DNA from: Hormiphora californensis
Taxonomy: Eukaryota; Animalia; Ctenophora
DNA: 64,000 nt
Direction: 5' to 3'
Assembly: GCA_020137815.1 (NCBI GenBank)
Contig: CM035356.1
Coordinates: 6,262,001-6,326,000, forward strand
Shown here: one piece after another, positions 1-27,899 of the stretch
Layout: every line of letters starts with the position of its first letter
Position numbering within the stretch: position 1 is the stretch's first letter
Program-made: the position numbers and the translations under genes
The notes under the pieces: generated by a model
Told to the model about the DNA's origin: nothing
The model's database searches: none
What the model saw: the letters and a program-made list of their open reading frames with translations, nothing else

Positions 1-7458
<7,458 letters not shown>

Positions 7459-9333
7459 TAACATTAGCCTTTCCACACAACTCCAGATCCCTCAATACAT
7501 GCCTGCTAGTCCGGGAGAGGGGAATGAGTGGCTTGTAAACAGGGGGGGGGGGGTTAAACCTAAAGGTGTGGCTGGTAGGGGTGTAACATCTAAAGGGTCT
7601 TTGGGGGTCCAGTTGTTCATCTGGTTGTAATTCCGCTCAATCTATACTAAATCTATAGCTAACAGCAACAATAATTTGGTTTCATTTAGGTGGCTCTTAG
7701 CACGGAATACAGCATACAACAGAAGAATTAGCCAAAGTGGCCACGATCATTTGAATTCGTCCTTTGCACGTCAAATTTAGTTTAAATCTCCACTCAAAGA
7801 AACTATCGGAGATATAAACCGCATGAGGTGTGAACTATTTTGAGTCCTCTTGTTAAGCATCGGCCATCGATCGCAATATGCAGACCCGACAGTGTCGGGC
7901 CAATACACAAAATAAGCTACAATGCAGTGCTGATGATTAAGAAGGGAGCAAAACAAATCCCAGTGGCACAGAAAACAGAAAACATCATCATGAAAAGTAA
8001 ATTGTCGTATACAATATATAAATCAAAAATTCTCACAGAGAACAACATCTATAATAGCGGGTTTACATCCCCACTTGCTCTCTTTCTCATCTGCTCCTCC
8101 AACTTCTTCTCCCCAAAGAACCCTTTTTTCGCCCCCAGAGTCACCCTCCAACATGAGCCTCTTTGCCACTTCCCCCAAAAAAGGGTCGGCATCAAGTAGC
8201 TGGGGCCATTGAAAATCCAGTTCTTGTTGCAGGTGTTGGTCTCCCGCTTTTGTGCTCCCGCAGTACCTTGATTTTTCCGTGGAGTCGACCACACTCCCGA
8301 TGCTGTCCGCTACCCCTTCTGTTGAATTGTTATTGCAAACAAATCCAGGGTAGCAGTTCCAACAAAAGGATTTGTGCACTGTGTTCGGAACTCCTCCAGT
8401 AGCAGAGTTGAAACTTGAACTAATGTCCTTCTCTCAGCCGCTCCTTCAGCTTTGTTAGAGTTGTACACGGTGCTTATCAGGGCCGTTTTTATCTGCACAG
8501 CCAGGGAGAAATAAGCAACTTTTTCCTCACCGCTGTCCGAACAGAGTGCTCAGCAGGGACGGCGCTGGGCCTTCGGCCCAGCAAGTCTCTGGGTGTCCGG
8601 GACCAGGGGCGGTAGCCTCGGTCAGGGGGCTGCTCAGAGCACTCTGTTCTGTGCTCATAAAATAAATCCAACACATACCCATCAATTATTATTATTATTA
8701 TTCAATCTAATTCAATACATATAACAATAACAATTGAATACATATTGACACTCCTTTTAGCGAGTAATAAAACGGTTGTCCGGTAAAAAGTACATGTTAT
8801 GCTGATGCCGATTCAAAAGTCCAAGAGGTAATTATATATAGATTAGGTACTGTAATAATAAATAGTAAGTTGATAGATAGATAGTTAAATAAGGGTAGAT
8901 ACTTAGATGATTAACTAGGGGATAACTAGGGGTAGAAAAGATGCAGAACAGCTAAATATAGCATAGTAAAATAAATTAGTATAGTCGCTGAGTCAAATTA
9001 AGCTGTACAGTTAAAACAGATTTTAAAATAAATAGAAAAATAGAAATTACCCTCACATACATGCTCATACCCAAAAGTATACAGTACACACACATACACA
9101 CACACACACACACAAACACACAAAAAACACACTCACACAAACAAGCATGTCCGTAAAAAACACAGACACAGAGTCACACATGACACAGGAATAGTAATAA
9201 GTTAAGATAGGATATTATTATAAGTAGTATTAATGATTTAAATAGGCAGTGAAGTGTGCTTGGCCAGCGGGTTGTAAAACTATGTTATTTTAAGTGGTAG
9301 ATAGGCTAATTAAGTAATTAGGTGAGGATAAGT

Positions 9334-12300
9334 TTAACTGGTAAGGAGCTCATCATTAAAAGTGGAGTTTTCTGTGACCTCATAAACAAGCTTTCTAAAC
9401 TTATGCTTAAGGTTTCTATCTCTAGAAAAGATAAGTGCTAGGTGGAAGTTGCCAGTGCAAACCGAGACCACACGACACTGGTCCCTAAGAGCCGATACCG
9501 CCCCGACAGCTGGACATTGGAAGAGCTTGTGGAAGGGTGAGTCGTGGTGCATGCCGCATTCAAGGCCGACAAAGTTTTGAAATCTTAAGCTATGCCCGTG
9601 GATGTAGTCCATAGTCAACGAAGAGTGCCTTCTGTCCATACTCCTATTGGTAAGAGGGGCTATGGAAACCGCTTCAGTATCCACAATAGATCGTAGCTCT
9701 TCAACCGTCGTAGTAGGAGAGTCGTCAGCAGAGATGTTCGTGATGTTAGCCTTGACGTGATCGTCCCACAATTTGTGCGTGAACATGTCCATAGTGTCCC
9801 GGGAATAGAGAAACTCTTCCGACTCATATGACAGTAGATCGCATGATCGAATAAATGATCGTCTCCGTCCCGTTTGAGATTCCGCTCTCTGTGCAGTCCA
9901 ATGGAGATACCTTTTAGTTTCCACAATATGTCCATAGAAAGGGTGGCTTGCCTCATGCTCAATTTGGAGCAATTTAGCAGTCATGGTGTCTCCCGCTGTA
10001 AGACCTTTTAGGACAAACTTCGTTGTGAGTACTGTCAAAATAATCGGTAGAGGGGGTATACCAATAAGAAGGTCAGCTAGTGTTTTCGAGATGTGAAATT
10101 GGCTTCCAATAATCTTCAGTTTAGCCCTTGCAATTAGATCGTTAAAACTGTCCAATCTGTTACGAAGCCATAGAGGTGCTCCGTATAGAAGTTTGGTAAG
10201 GATTACCATTCGGAACAGGAGCGAGAGGCCGTTGTTGTTTATTCCAGCTAACCTGGTAGTCCCACCCGACAGCTTACTCCAGGAATTCCAACACTTTTGC
10301 AAAGTGTAGACAGCATGCTTTTTAAAGCTCAGGTCTGTGTCGAGAATGATTCCCAGCACCTTGCTAGAGTCCGTGTAGAGAATTTCTCTGGGTCCAAGGT
10401 ACATAGGTTGTGGGGTAGATGATACTTCTTGATTCCTTGGGTGGATCACGAGAATCTCAGTTTTCCCTCTGTCGCAATTGATGACCAATCTCCATAGACG
10501 GCACCATTTCTGGATGTAATTGAGCACGCAGGACAGAGCTGTTTCACATTGAAGTTGATCTCCGGTTATTACAACCGTGCCATCATCAGCGAACTTAAAC
10601 GTTTCGCATCTTTCTCGGGCGTCCTCGGGTATATTCTTCGTTTCTAAGAGATCCGAAACGTATATGATGAATAGCACAGGGGAAATGACTGCCCCCTGCG
10701 GTAGCCCGATAAGAGTGCAGTTCCGGGGAGAACCAATTTTACCGTTTATCTTCAGCTTCACTTTTCGTGATGACAAGAAACAATTTACCAGACGTAGGAT
10801 GTTCCCCTTTATTCCAGCTTTATAGAGTTTGTAAATTAGGCAGGGGATGGGGACGCTGTCGAAAGCCTTTTCGAAATCCAAGAGAAGTAAAAAGGCAGTT
10901 GCTTTTCTCCGTCTGTTCTCGTGCAGTGTAGCCAGGAGACGGTATAAGTACCGTGTTGTGTTTCGTATGGGAAGAAAACCTTCTTGCTCGTCTTCCAAGA
11001 TGTTTTCCTCGTAACAATGAGCCCTGATCCTCTTATCCATAACTCGCTCAAACATTTTACCAACATAGCTTCCAATTGAGATCGGTCGAAAAGATCCAGG
11101 TTTAAGGTAAGATGATTTTCCTTGTTTCTTGATAAACGATACTATGGCTGTTTTCCATGGCCAAACCGAGGTAACGAGGCAGTTGGTGAAAAGTTTTGCC
11201 AAGAACATCCTTGCTAAAGGGCCAAGGTGTTTCAATGTCACGGGGTGTACTCCATCTCCATCTGTAGATTTGCTTCCACTGCCCTGTGCCGATATGGCCG
11301 CCATGATTTCCTCTGGTTGAACCTGCTTATTTAACTCGCTCTCTACCTCCTCATCCTCTCGTAGAAAAGAATCCACTTCCTCTTGTATGAATTCATAGTG
11401 TTGCTCGTCAAATTGATGATTCCTCAAATGTTTTCCACCGAAGAACGTGTCGAACAGGATTTGCTCCTTATCCCTAGGATCGTGCCGTAAAACTCCGTCG
11501 TCATCCAAACATCCAATAAAGTTTTCATCAGGTGTGAGGAATATTGATCGATACCGCTTCCAGAATATGTTAGTCTCAGTAACGTTCAGACCAATCAGTC
11601 TATCGTGGATCCATTTGTTTTTCCCCTCGATAAGGCTCTCCTTGAACAGTAGTTTAGCCTCTTCAACAGCAAGTCTGTTAATCCAAGTTCTTCGGTAACG
11701 GTATTTTTCCTGAGCATGTTGTAGATTTTTCGATAGTACGGTCAACTCGGGTGTCCAGTAGGGCTTGCTGTGCCGGCACACTGTTTTCAGAGGGATGTAT
11801 AGGTCTGAGGCTTCTTTCATGAAACTTAAAAGCTGTCGAAACATTTCATTTGGATCTTGTGAATCACAGCTTTGTAGGCAGCATTCGACGTGAAATTTCC
11901 ACTTTTTCCAATCTGCGTCCTGGTAATTGTAGACCTGTGTCCTCCGGTTACTCGCTCTAATAGTCCCGATTGATGATAAGACAGGAACATGTCCTCTTGC
12001 CGGTGCTCCCGTAAAAAGGCATAAGCCGTCCTCTTCATCAGTCCACGGACCATCGATCGCTAGCCCTGCTCCCCCGAACCGCAGTCCCAGATCAATAACA
12101 CTCCCTCCATTAACACAGATAAAAGTGTTAGAAAGTGGGGAGAGAATATCTGCTCCATACTGGTCACAGAAAGAATCGAGTAGGTGTCCACTTTGATTGT
12201 ATACCTTATCACCCCACGGAATTCCTCTTGCGTTGAAGTCTCCAAGAACATGAAATACCGGCACTCCGTTTCGTTTGCAGAATTCCCAGGCTTCCTGTAC

Positions 12301-12642
12301 AGACTTCAACAGAACCGACAAGTTATTGTCGGGACTGCTATACACAGATGCAAACATCATAGGTCGCCCAAGCACAGTCGCTATAGCAAAGATAGCTGCA
12401 ACATTAGTTTTCTTCAAACTCGTAATTCGATGAGGATGAAGGCTAGTAGCGATTGACAGTGAGACTCCTCTATCCGCGTCTATTCCAAAGGTGAGCATAT
12501 TCGTAAAAGCAGTCATTGCCGGAACGCAGCCAGTTTCCTGTAGTGCGAGTACCGACAATCTCCTATCGGCACTATAGTGGTCTAAAGCAATAAGTGATTG
12601 CTTAGAGAGACCAGAAATGTTAATCTGTCCGAGACTAAACAT
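9334..12642 (-). CDS. LINE ORF2: AP-like endonuclease plus reverse transcriptase, degenerate C-terminal zinc motif, no evident RNase H
   Basis: EN motifs QINISG, LQET, SVYSSP, GDFNA, TF..SVIDL; RT motifs FRPISI, QEGF, LDFEKAFDSV, GLPQGAVISPVLF, FADD, KVLGIILD. The likely ATG at 12642 overlaps the end of ORF1. The frame is open for about 1100 aa. Confidence 0.95.
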   Translation of the reverse strand: MFSLGQINISGLSKQSLIALDHYSADRRLSVLALQETGCVPAMTAFTNMLTFGIDADRGVSLSIATSLHPHRITSLKKTNVAAIFAIATVLGRPMMFASVYSSPDNNLSVLLKSVQEAWEFCKRNGVPVFHVLGDFNARGIPWGDKVYNQSGHLLDSFCDQYGADILSPLSNTFICVNGGSVIDLGLRFGGAGLAIDGPWTDEEDGLCLFTGAPARGHVPVLSSIGTIRASNRRTQVYNYQDADWKKWKFHVECCLQSCDSQDPNEMFRQLLSFMKEASDLYIPLKTVCRHSKPYWTPELTVLSKNLQHAQEKYRYRRTWINRLAVEEAKLLFKESLIEGKNKWIHDRLIGLNVTETNIFWKRYRSIFLTPDENFIGCLDDDGVLRHDPRDKEQILFDTFFGGKHLRNHQFDEQHYEFIQEEVDSFLREDEEVESELNKQVQPEEIMAAISAQGSGSKSTDGDGVHPVTLKHLGPLARMFLAKLFTNCLVTSVWPWKTAIVSFIKKQGKSSYLKPGSFRPISIGSYVGKMFERVMDKRIRAHCYEENILEDEQEGFLPIRNTTRYLYRLLATLHENRRRKATAFLLLLDFEKAFDSVPIPCLIYKLYKAGIKGNILRLVNCFLSSRKVKLKINGKIGSPRNCTLIGLPQGAVISPVLFIIYVSDLLETKNIPEDARERCETFKFADDGTVVITGDQLQCETALSCVLNYIQKWCRLWRLVINCDRGKTEILVIHPRNQEVSSTPQPMYLGPREILYTDSSKVLGIILDTDLSFKKHAVYTLQKCWNSWSKLSGGTTRLAGINNNGLSLLFRMVILTKLLYGAPLWLRNRLDSFNDLIARAKLKIIGSQFHISKTLADLLIGIPPLPIILTVLTTKFVLKGLTAGDTMTAKLLQIEHEASHPFYGHIVETKRYLHWTAQRAESQTGRRRSFIRSCDLLSYESEEFLYSRDTMDMFTHKLWDDHVKANITNISADDSPTTTVEELRSIVDTEAVSIAPLTNRSMDRRHSSLTMDYIHGHSLRFQNFVGLECGMHHDSPFHKLFQCPAVGAVSALRDQCRVVSVCTGNFHLALIFSRDRNLKHKFRKLVYEVTENSTFNDELLTS

Positions 12643-14033
12643 GATCGTTGCAACGGGTAGAGTACTCAGGGCATGCCATAGTGTTAGCAGAGTGATGTCG
12701 GTTTCTGTTATCCTTCCCACTACAGTTAGGACAGCTTAGGCCGGAACGGTTGCGGTTTATGATGATTGGACATTCGGTTGGAACATGAGAAGGGTCACTG
12801 CAATGAGGGCACTTGTACTCATTCCTACACCAGGCGGCCGGGTGTCCATATCGCCAACAGTTTTGGCATTGAGCAGGAGTCCTTCGTTGTTTCGATATGT
12901 ACTCCCGCAAACGGAAGACACGGTTTCCAATAAAAAGAGTCTTCCCCATGACATGATCTCTGTCCTCCTTAGATTCAAAAGTAAAGAGATAGCAGGGACG
13001 AGGCTTTCCGTCGCGTCCCTTCAATCTGACTGCCTCCATTGCGATTCCGCTGAATTCAAGTGCCCATGCCTCGGTAACTTGGTCGTCAGAGATTTCTGGT
13101 TCCACATAGTCTATCACCGCTTTCCTATCATCAGATACTCTGGAGTTCATCATTAGTGTTGCCGTCGTTGTCACATCATTTCCTTGGAAGGGGCCACCGA
13201 AGTATGAAGGGTCCCAACCGTTCACCACCTTTTGTGCTTCAAGGGGAGTAATAAGCTCTAGGAGGAGAGTGCCGTGTTTGGTCGGCTTGCACTGAACAAT
13301 TTCCACACGGGAGTAGTACTCATTAAAATAGTGCATGGATATGTGGCCTTTAGTTAAATACTTAGAATACTGAATAATCACGGATACCTTTAATAATTAC
13401 TGTTTTAGTGGGGTCACATGGAGAACGTTTAACATTAACTCTATCTTTAACTTTAACAGACAACACAGGCTTCGAAGCTTTAGTAACAGTGATAAATTCA
13501 TCATTACCCTGATTAACAATAGCGTTATTTGTACCATTTGCATTATTAGTACCATTAGAGTCCTGATTTACTCTGATTTCCGACTCATTTGCTGCCTGGG
13601 AATACGTTAACTCACGCCGAACTCCTAACTCCTCCTTGACAACATCTCGTATAACACTTTTAACATCATTCCTAACATCATTTCGGATCATTTCCCTCAA
13701 ACTTTCCAGTTCCATTTGAAGATTACTACCAATTGGATTTTGATTAATGTCCTTATTACACGTTTCGAAAACGGATTCGTTCAGTTTGTAGCTTGTATAT
13801 AACAGATCCCATAATTGGGTGTCGGTGATGGCCGGTTGCGTTTTACCTTGACGCGTAGTGGGTTTTGCAGCGTGGTTATGCCCCTTAGTAAGGGCGTTTA
13901 GGATGTCCATTGACTTCAGAGTTGCTGTGAGATCATCGAATTGCTGCCGGAGGTCGGGTGTGACATAGGGATCAGGTGGTCGACATTGTTCAGAGCTATC
14001 ACTGTTAGGGCTATCACCCTCGTCATCTCTCAT
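12635..14033 (-). pseudogene. LINE ORF1 (coiled-coil, RRM-like region, three CCHC knuckles) split by one frameshift at about 13370
   Basis: ORFs 13362-14033 and 12635-13381 overlap; knuckles CQNCWRYGHPAAWC, CPHCSDPSHVPTEC and CPNC..H..C. Removing 7 nt at TATTC-AG-TATTC joins them as ..IRDYSKYL.. Confidence 0.85.
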
Positions 14034-14056
14034 TCTACGGCACCTAGAGGCCAGGC

Positions 14057-14098
14057 CTCAAATTAATTTGTTTAAAGTAGTGTTGAAAAGTTTGAAAC
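14057..14098 (-). other. Genomic copy of the ctenophore spliced-leader exon
   Basis: Minus strand reads GTTTCAAACTTTTCAACACTACTTTAAACAAATTAATTTGAG, matching my recollection of the pleurobrachiid SL (3' end AAATTAATTTGAG). It is not followed by a GT donor, so it is not an SL RNA gene. Confidence 0.85.
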
Positions 14099-14111
14099 AA
14101 TAAGCCTACTA

Positions 14112-14332
14112 AAGGAAAACCCAAGCAACAATAGCCCTCACTTGGGTTTTGTGAAACTTCCCACGGTCATTGCTCCACCCCCTGATGAGATAGATACAAC
14201 AATACAATACAATACAAAATAAACATTTATAGTCCGCTCTTTAACTGTCCGTTTTACGGTTCAGCACAAGTGAATGATCGTGGGAAATTTCACAAAACCC
14301 AAGTGAGGGCTATTGTTGCTTGGGTTTTCCTT
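14112..14332. mobile_element. MITE with about 60-bp TIRs and TA TSD
   Basis: AAGGAAAACCCAAGCAACAATAGCCCTCACTTGGGTTTTGTGAAA.. and its reverse complement at the right end; TA at 14110-11 and 14333-34. Confidence 0.85.
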
Positions 14333-15434
14333 TAAACGACTGATGGGGTGAGACTTGAGAGTCTGCAGGCCGCAAGGACCGAGACGTCCCGTAGAAACGT
14401 CAGAAGGACAGACAAAACGAGAGGTGCGCGCGTTTTTATAGATTCAATTCAAAACGCGGCGCGGGTTATATTTGCGCGTTACAAATCGTGACAAAGTGCT
14501 GACAACAACTTTTAATAAGATATGGCGTGTCGCGCGTCACGTTATTGTATTCCTCCATAGAGTTCCAAATTTGAAAATGCAGTCCATCCTTCCAAAATAG
14601 TGACTGCATTAGGGAAGATAAATACACATGGGCTATACCATTCCTAGTGCACCAGTTTTCAACGCTGATGGCCTCATCAACCTTCGGTTGGTTCAACTGA
14701 ATAACAACGTACGCCCCACTGCCCACTGTCCTGATAGTCTAACAGTTATACTGTGTGTATTTGCCATGGAAACTCAGTATTCACTGACCCTCTTTCCGCA
14801 GTTCAATTATCACCCTTCTCAGTTACCATGGGAACCCGTATTGTCCGAGACCCTAGATTCTTGATTCTAGAACTCTGAGTGTATGAGTGATAGCATGAGT
14901 GGGTGAATTCCACTGCCTTCATTCCCAAGGAATATGATTGGGACCATAAATGGTCCAGTACTGACAATTTTAAGACCAGTCTCAGACTGACGACAGTCTA
15001 GAGGGTAACCTTTTGTTAAACCTTGTTTAGTTGTTTGTCATTAGGTACCTCCCAAACACCGTCTTACTCTCTCACTATTCTACACAACTCCTAATTATAT
15101 CATTTAATAAATAGGAGCCCCTTCCAGATATCTCCCTCTCTCTATCTATCTCTCTCTCTCTATCTCTCCCTCTCTCTCTCGGTCCACTACACGCACCACT
15201 CCCGCATGGGGCCGTAAGGTCCCATGCGTGAGCAGGGTTAAATCCCCCGAGCCCGGATCCTGTTGGATCTGAGGGCCCGGAGGGCCTGCGGAGTAAAGGT
15301 AGGTAAAACAATGTACATAGGGGTAAGTTGAACAATGTACATATGGGTTAAAGTAAGGGGAAAACATTTAAAGGGGAGTTAAAGCTCATGGTGGCTCTCT
15401 CTCTCTCTCTCACACTTTCTCTCTCTCACTTTCT

Positions 15435-15467
<33 letters not shown>

Positions 15468-15530
15468 TCTCTCTCTCTCTCTCCTCTCTCGTCTTCTCAT
15501 CTCTCTCTCTCTCTCTCTCGTCCTCTCTCT

Positions 15531-16212
15531 GGCACAGTGGGTGTTCGGGGTGTTCTCCAGTCGGGACCCTGAGCTGATGATCACTGTTTATAAAACCCTG
15601 GTCAGAAGCTTGATGGAGTACTGCTCACCATTGTGGAGCCCGCAAACTGTCGGTGACATCCAACTGCTCGAGTCTGTTCAGCGGGGCTTCACAGCGAAGA
15701 TCTCCGGTATGAAGGATCTTGACTACTGGCAGCGCCTGGAAGCCCTCGACTTGATGTCTTTGCAAAGACGACGGGATAGGTATGCAGTGCTAATCATGCA
15801 CAAGACTTACCGTGGGCTGATACCGAATGAAACCGATATTAGCTTCAACCGTACCTCCCGCCACGGTGTCAAAGCAGAGATACCTGACCTGTCAAGGGTG
15901 AAGAGCAAAAGAACTTGCACACTGTATAGCTCTTCCTTCGGTTCCATTGGTCCTAGACTGTGGAACTGTCTCCCGGATGATCTGAGGGAGATCGAGGACC
16001 CCGATTTATTTAAAAATAAGCTGGACCTCCTTCTCCGTGATATCCCAGACCGTCCCCCTACACCTGGATATCAAGCACCAAACAGAAACTCTTTGTATGA
16101 CTGTGTGTTGGAGCCAGTTCAAATAAAACGGTGTCCGAGTCCTGGGATGAACCTGACGTATCATGAACGAAAAAAAAAACAACTCAAAAGTATCACAAAT
16201 GTGTAGTAAGTA
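15531..16212 (+). mobile_element. 5'-truncated CR1/L2-group LINE fragment (C-terminal part of ORF2 plus 3' end) embedded in a (TC)n tract
   Basis: YKTLVRSLMEYCSPLWSP, LESVQRGFT, YWQRLEALDLMSLQRRRDR, GPRLWNCLP; ends with ..GTAGTAAGTA; TC repeats on both flanks. Confidence 0.9.
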
Positions 16213-16223
16213 TCTCTCTCTCT

Positions 16224-16308
<85 letters not shown>

Positions 16309-16333
16309 CTCTTCTCTCTACTCTCTCTCTACT

Positions 16334-16384
<51 letters not shown>

Positions 16385-17060
16385 CCTCGCTCTCTCTTTC
16401 TTTCCCTTTCAATCTCTCTCCCTCTCGTACCCAGAACAATAATTACAAGGAGGGGTACCATGTATCACGTGATATAATGTCCCACGTGGTGCCGGGCAGT
16501 GGTCCGGAAATGCCCCCACATCCGGGGTGGTAAATGGTGCGTTGCCATAGCAACTGGGTCCGTTACTATGGTTACCATGGGACTCAGTTGACCTCATTAC
16601 ACACACACGGCCATTGTAACCCTAGAGCAGCACAAAGAGATGGCCCGCCCCTTACTGCATGCTGCAGTACACTTCAGCAACAAAGAATAATAAATTATAT
16701 TGTACGGTAGCAAAAAATATCATTTATATATCACTTGTTAATAAACACTTTACACATAACTTTCACAAGATCACATAATTTTAGATTGGTAGATACAATC
16801 ACTTAACTCTGTACATCACAGTCTCATCATGCAGTTGTCAGGCCAAATATTGTGAGATAACCAGAATATATACCAGCCCTAATAAACCCAGACCCACCAC
16901 CCTATAAACTTAATATCACATCCCCCTAACACACCAGACTTGACAGTGTCTAACGGTCATCAAATAAAAATAAAGATAAAAACTGACAAAAAGAGAGAAT
17001 CTCCCTCTCATCTTTTTAACCTAAAACTCAGCACCCCCAGAAAACTTCTTTATCTAAATC

Positions 17061-27412
<10,352 letters not shown>

Positions 27413-27458
27413 GGTGTCGATTTTTGGTGGTTCATTACTATTAAATGATGGTTAGATA

Positions 27459-27680
27459 AAGTCGGATTTTTTGAAACTGTCACCCCCCTGAAATAACAAA
27501 ATTTGCCATATCTCCGGTTCCTGATAAGATAGAGACTTGAAATTTGGAGGTTCGGAAGAACTTAGCAAGATCTTCGTAACCTCCAAATTTCAAGTCTCTA
27601 TCTCGTCAGGAACCGGATTTATGGTCATTTACGAAATTTGAAAATACCCAGGGGGGTGACAGTTTCAAAAAATCCGACTT
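27459..27680. mobile_element. Palindromic 222-bp MITE with TA TSD, just upstream of the ANKRD26-like ATG; second copy at 29894-30115
   Basis: TIR AAGTCGGATTTTTTGAAACTGTCACCCCCC; internal inverted arms CCGGTTCCTGA..AAATTTGGAGGTT. Confidence 0.9.
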
Positions 27681-27741
27681 TAGTAGAAGAAATGCAAGAT
27701 AGAAAGAGATTTCGAGAATAGAGATTTTTTTTTGAAAATTC

Positions 27742-27887
27742 ACTAACCCCAACACCGATTGGCATCACTTTCCAACAGCCGAAGAGAAGCTGCCGAAGAG
27801 AGAAAGGGGGTAACCATATGAAGAGTTAATCGCGATGAGTCTCATTCACATTGGGTTCGATCATTTGCCCCCGGTGTTGGGGTTAGT
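27742..27887. mobile_element. Small MITE with 16-bp TIRs
   Basis: ACTAACCCCAACACCG / CGGTGTTGGGGTTAGT. Confidence 0.6.
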
Positions 27888-27899
27888 AATAAATAAATC

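Larger units (their letters stand above)
8686..14098 (-). mobile_element. Near full-length non-LTR retrotransposon (I/Jockey group; gag-like ORF1 and APE-RT ORF2) with a (TAA)n tail and a spliced leader at its 5' end
   Basis: Two overlapping ORFs, about 630-nt 3' UTR, (TAA)n tail at about 8686-8702 and SL at 14057-14098. No clear TSD found. Confidence 0.9.

Noticed and set aside
7840-8674. Short ORFs between SMEK and the LINE tail
   Set aside because: No recognisable motif or consistent splice structure; left unannotated, although the composition looks coding-like.
14057-14098. SL RNA gene
   Set aside because: The leader is followed by GC.. and LINE ORF1, not by a GT donor and Sm-site intron.
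14338-14405. Hammerhead ribozyme upstream of the LINE (CTGATGG..GAAAC)
   Set aside because: The core deviates from CUGANGA and convincing stems could not be formed.
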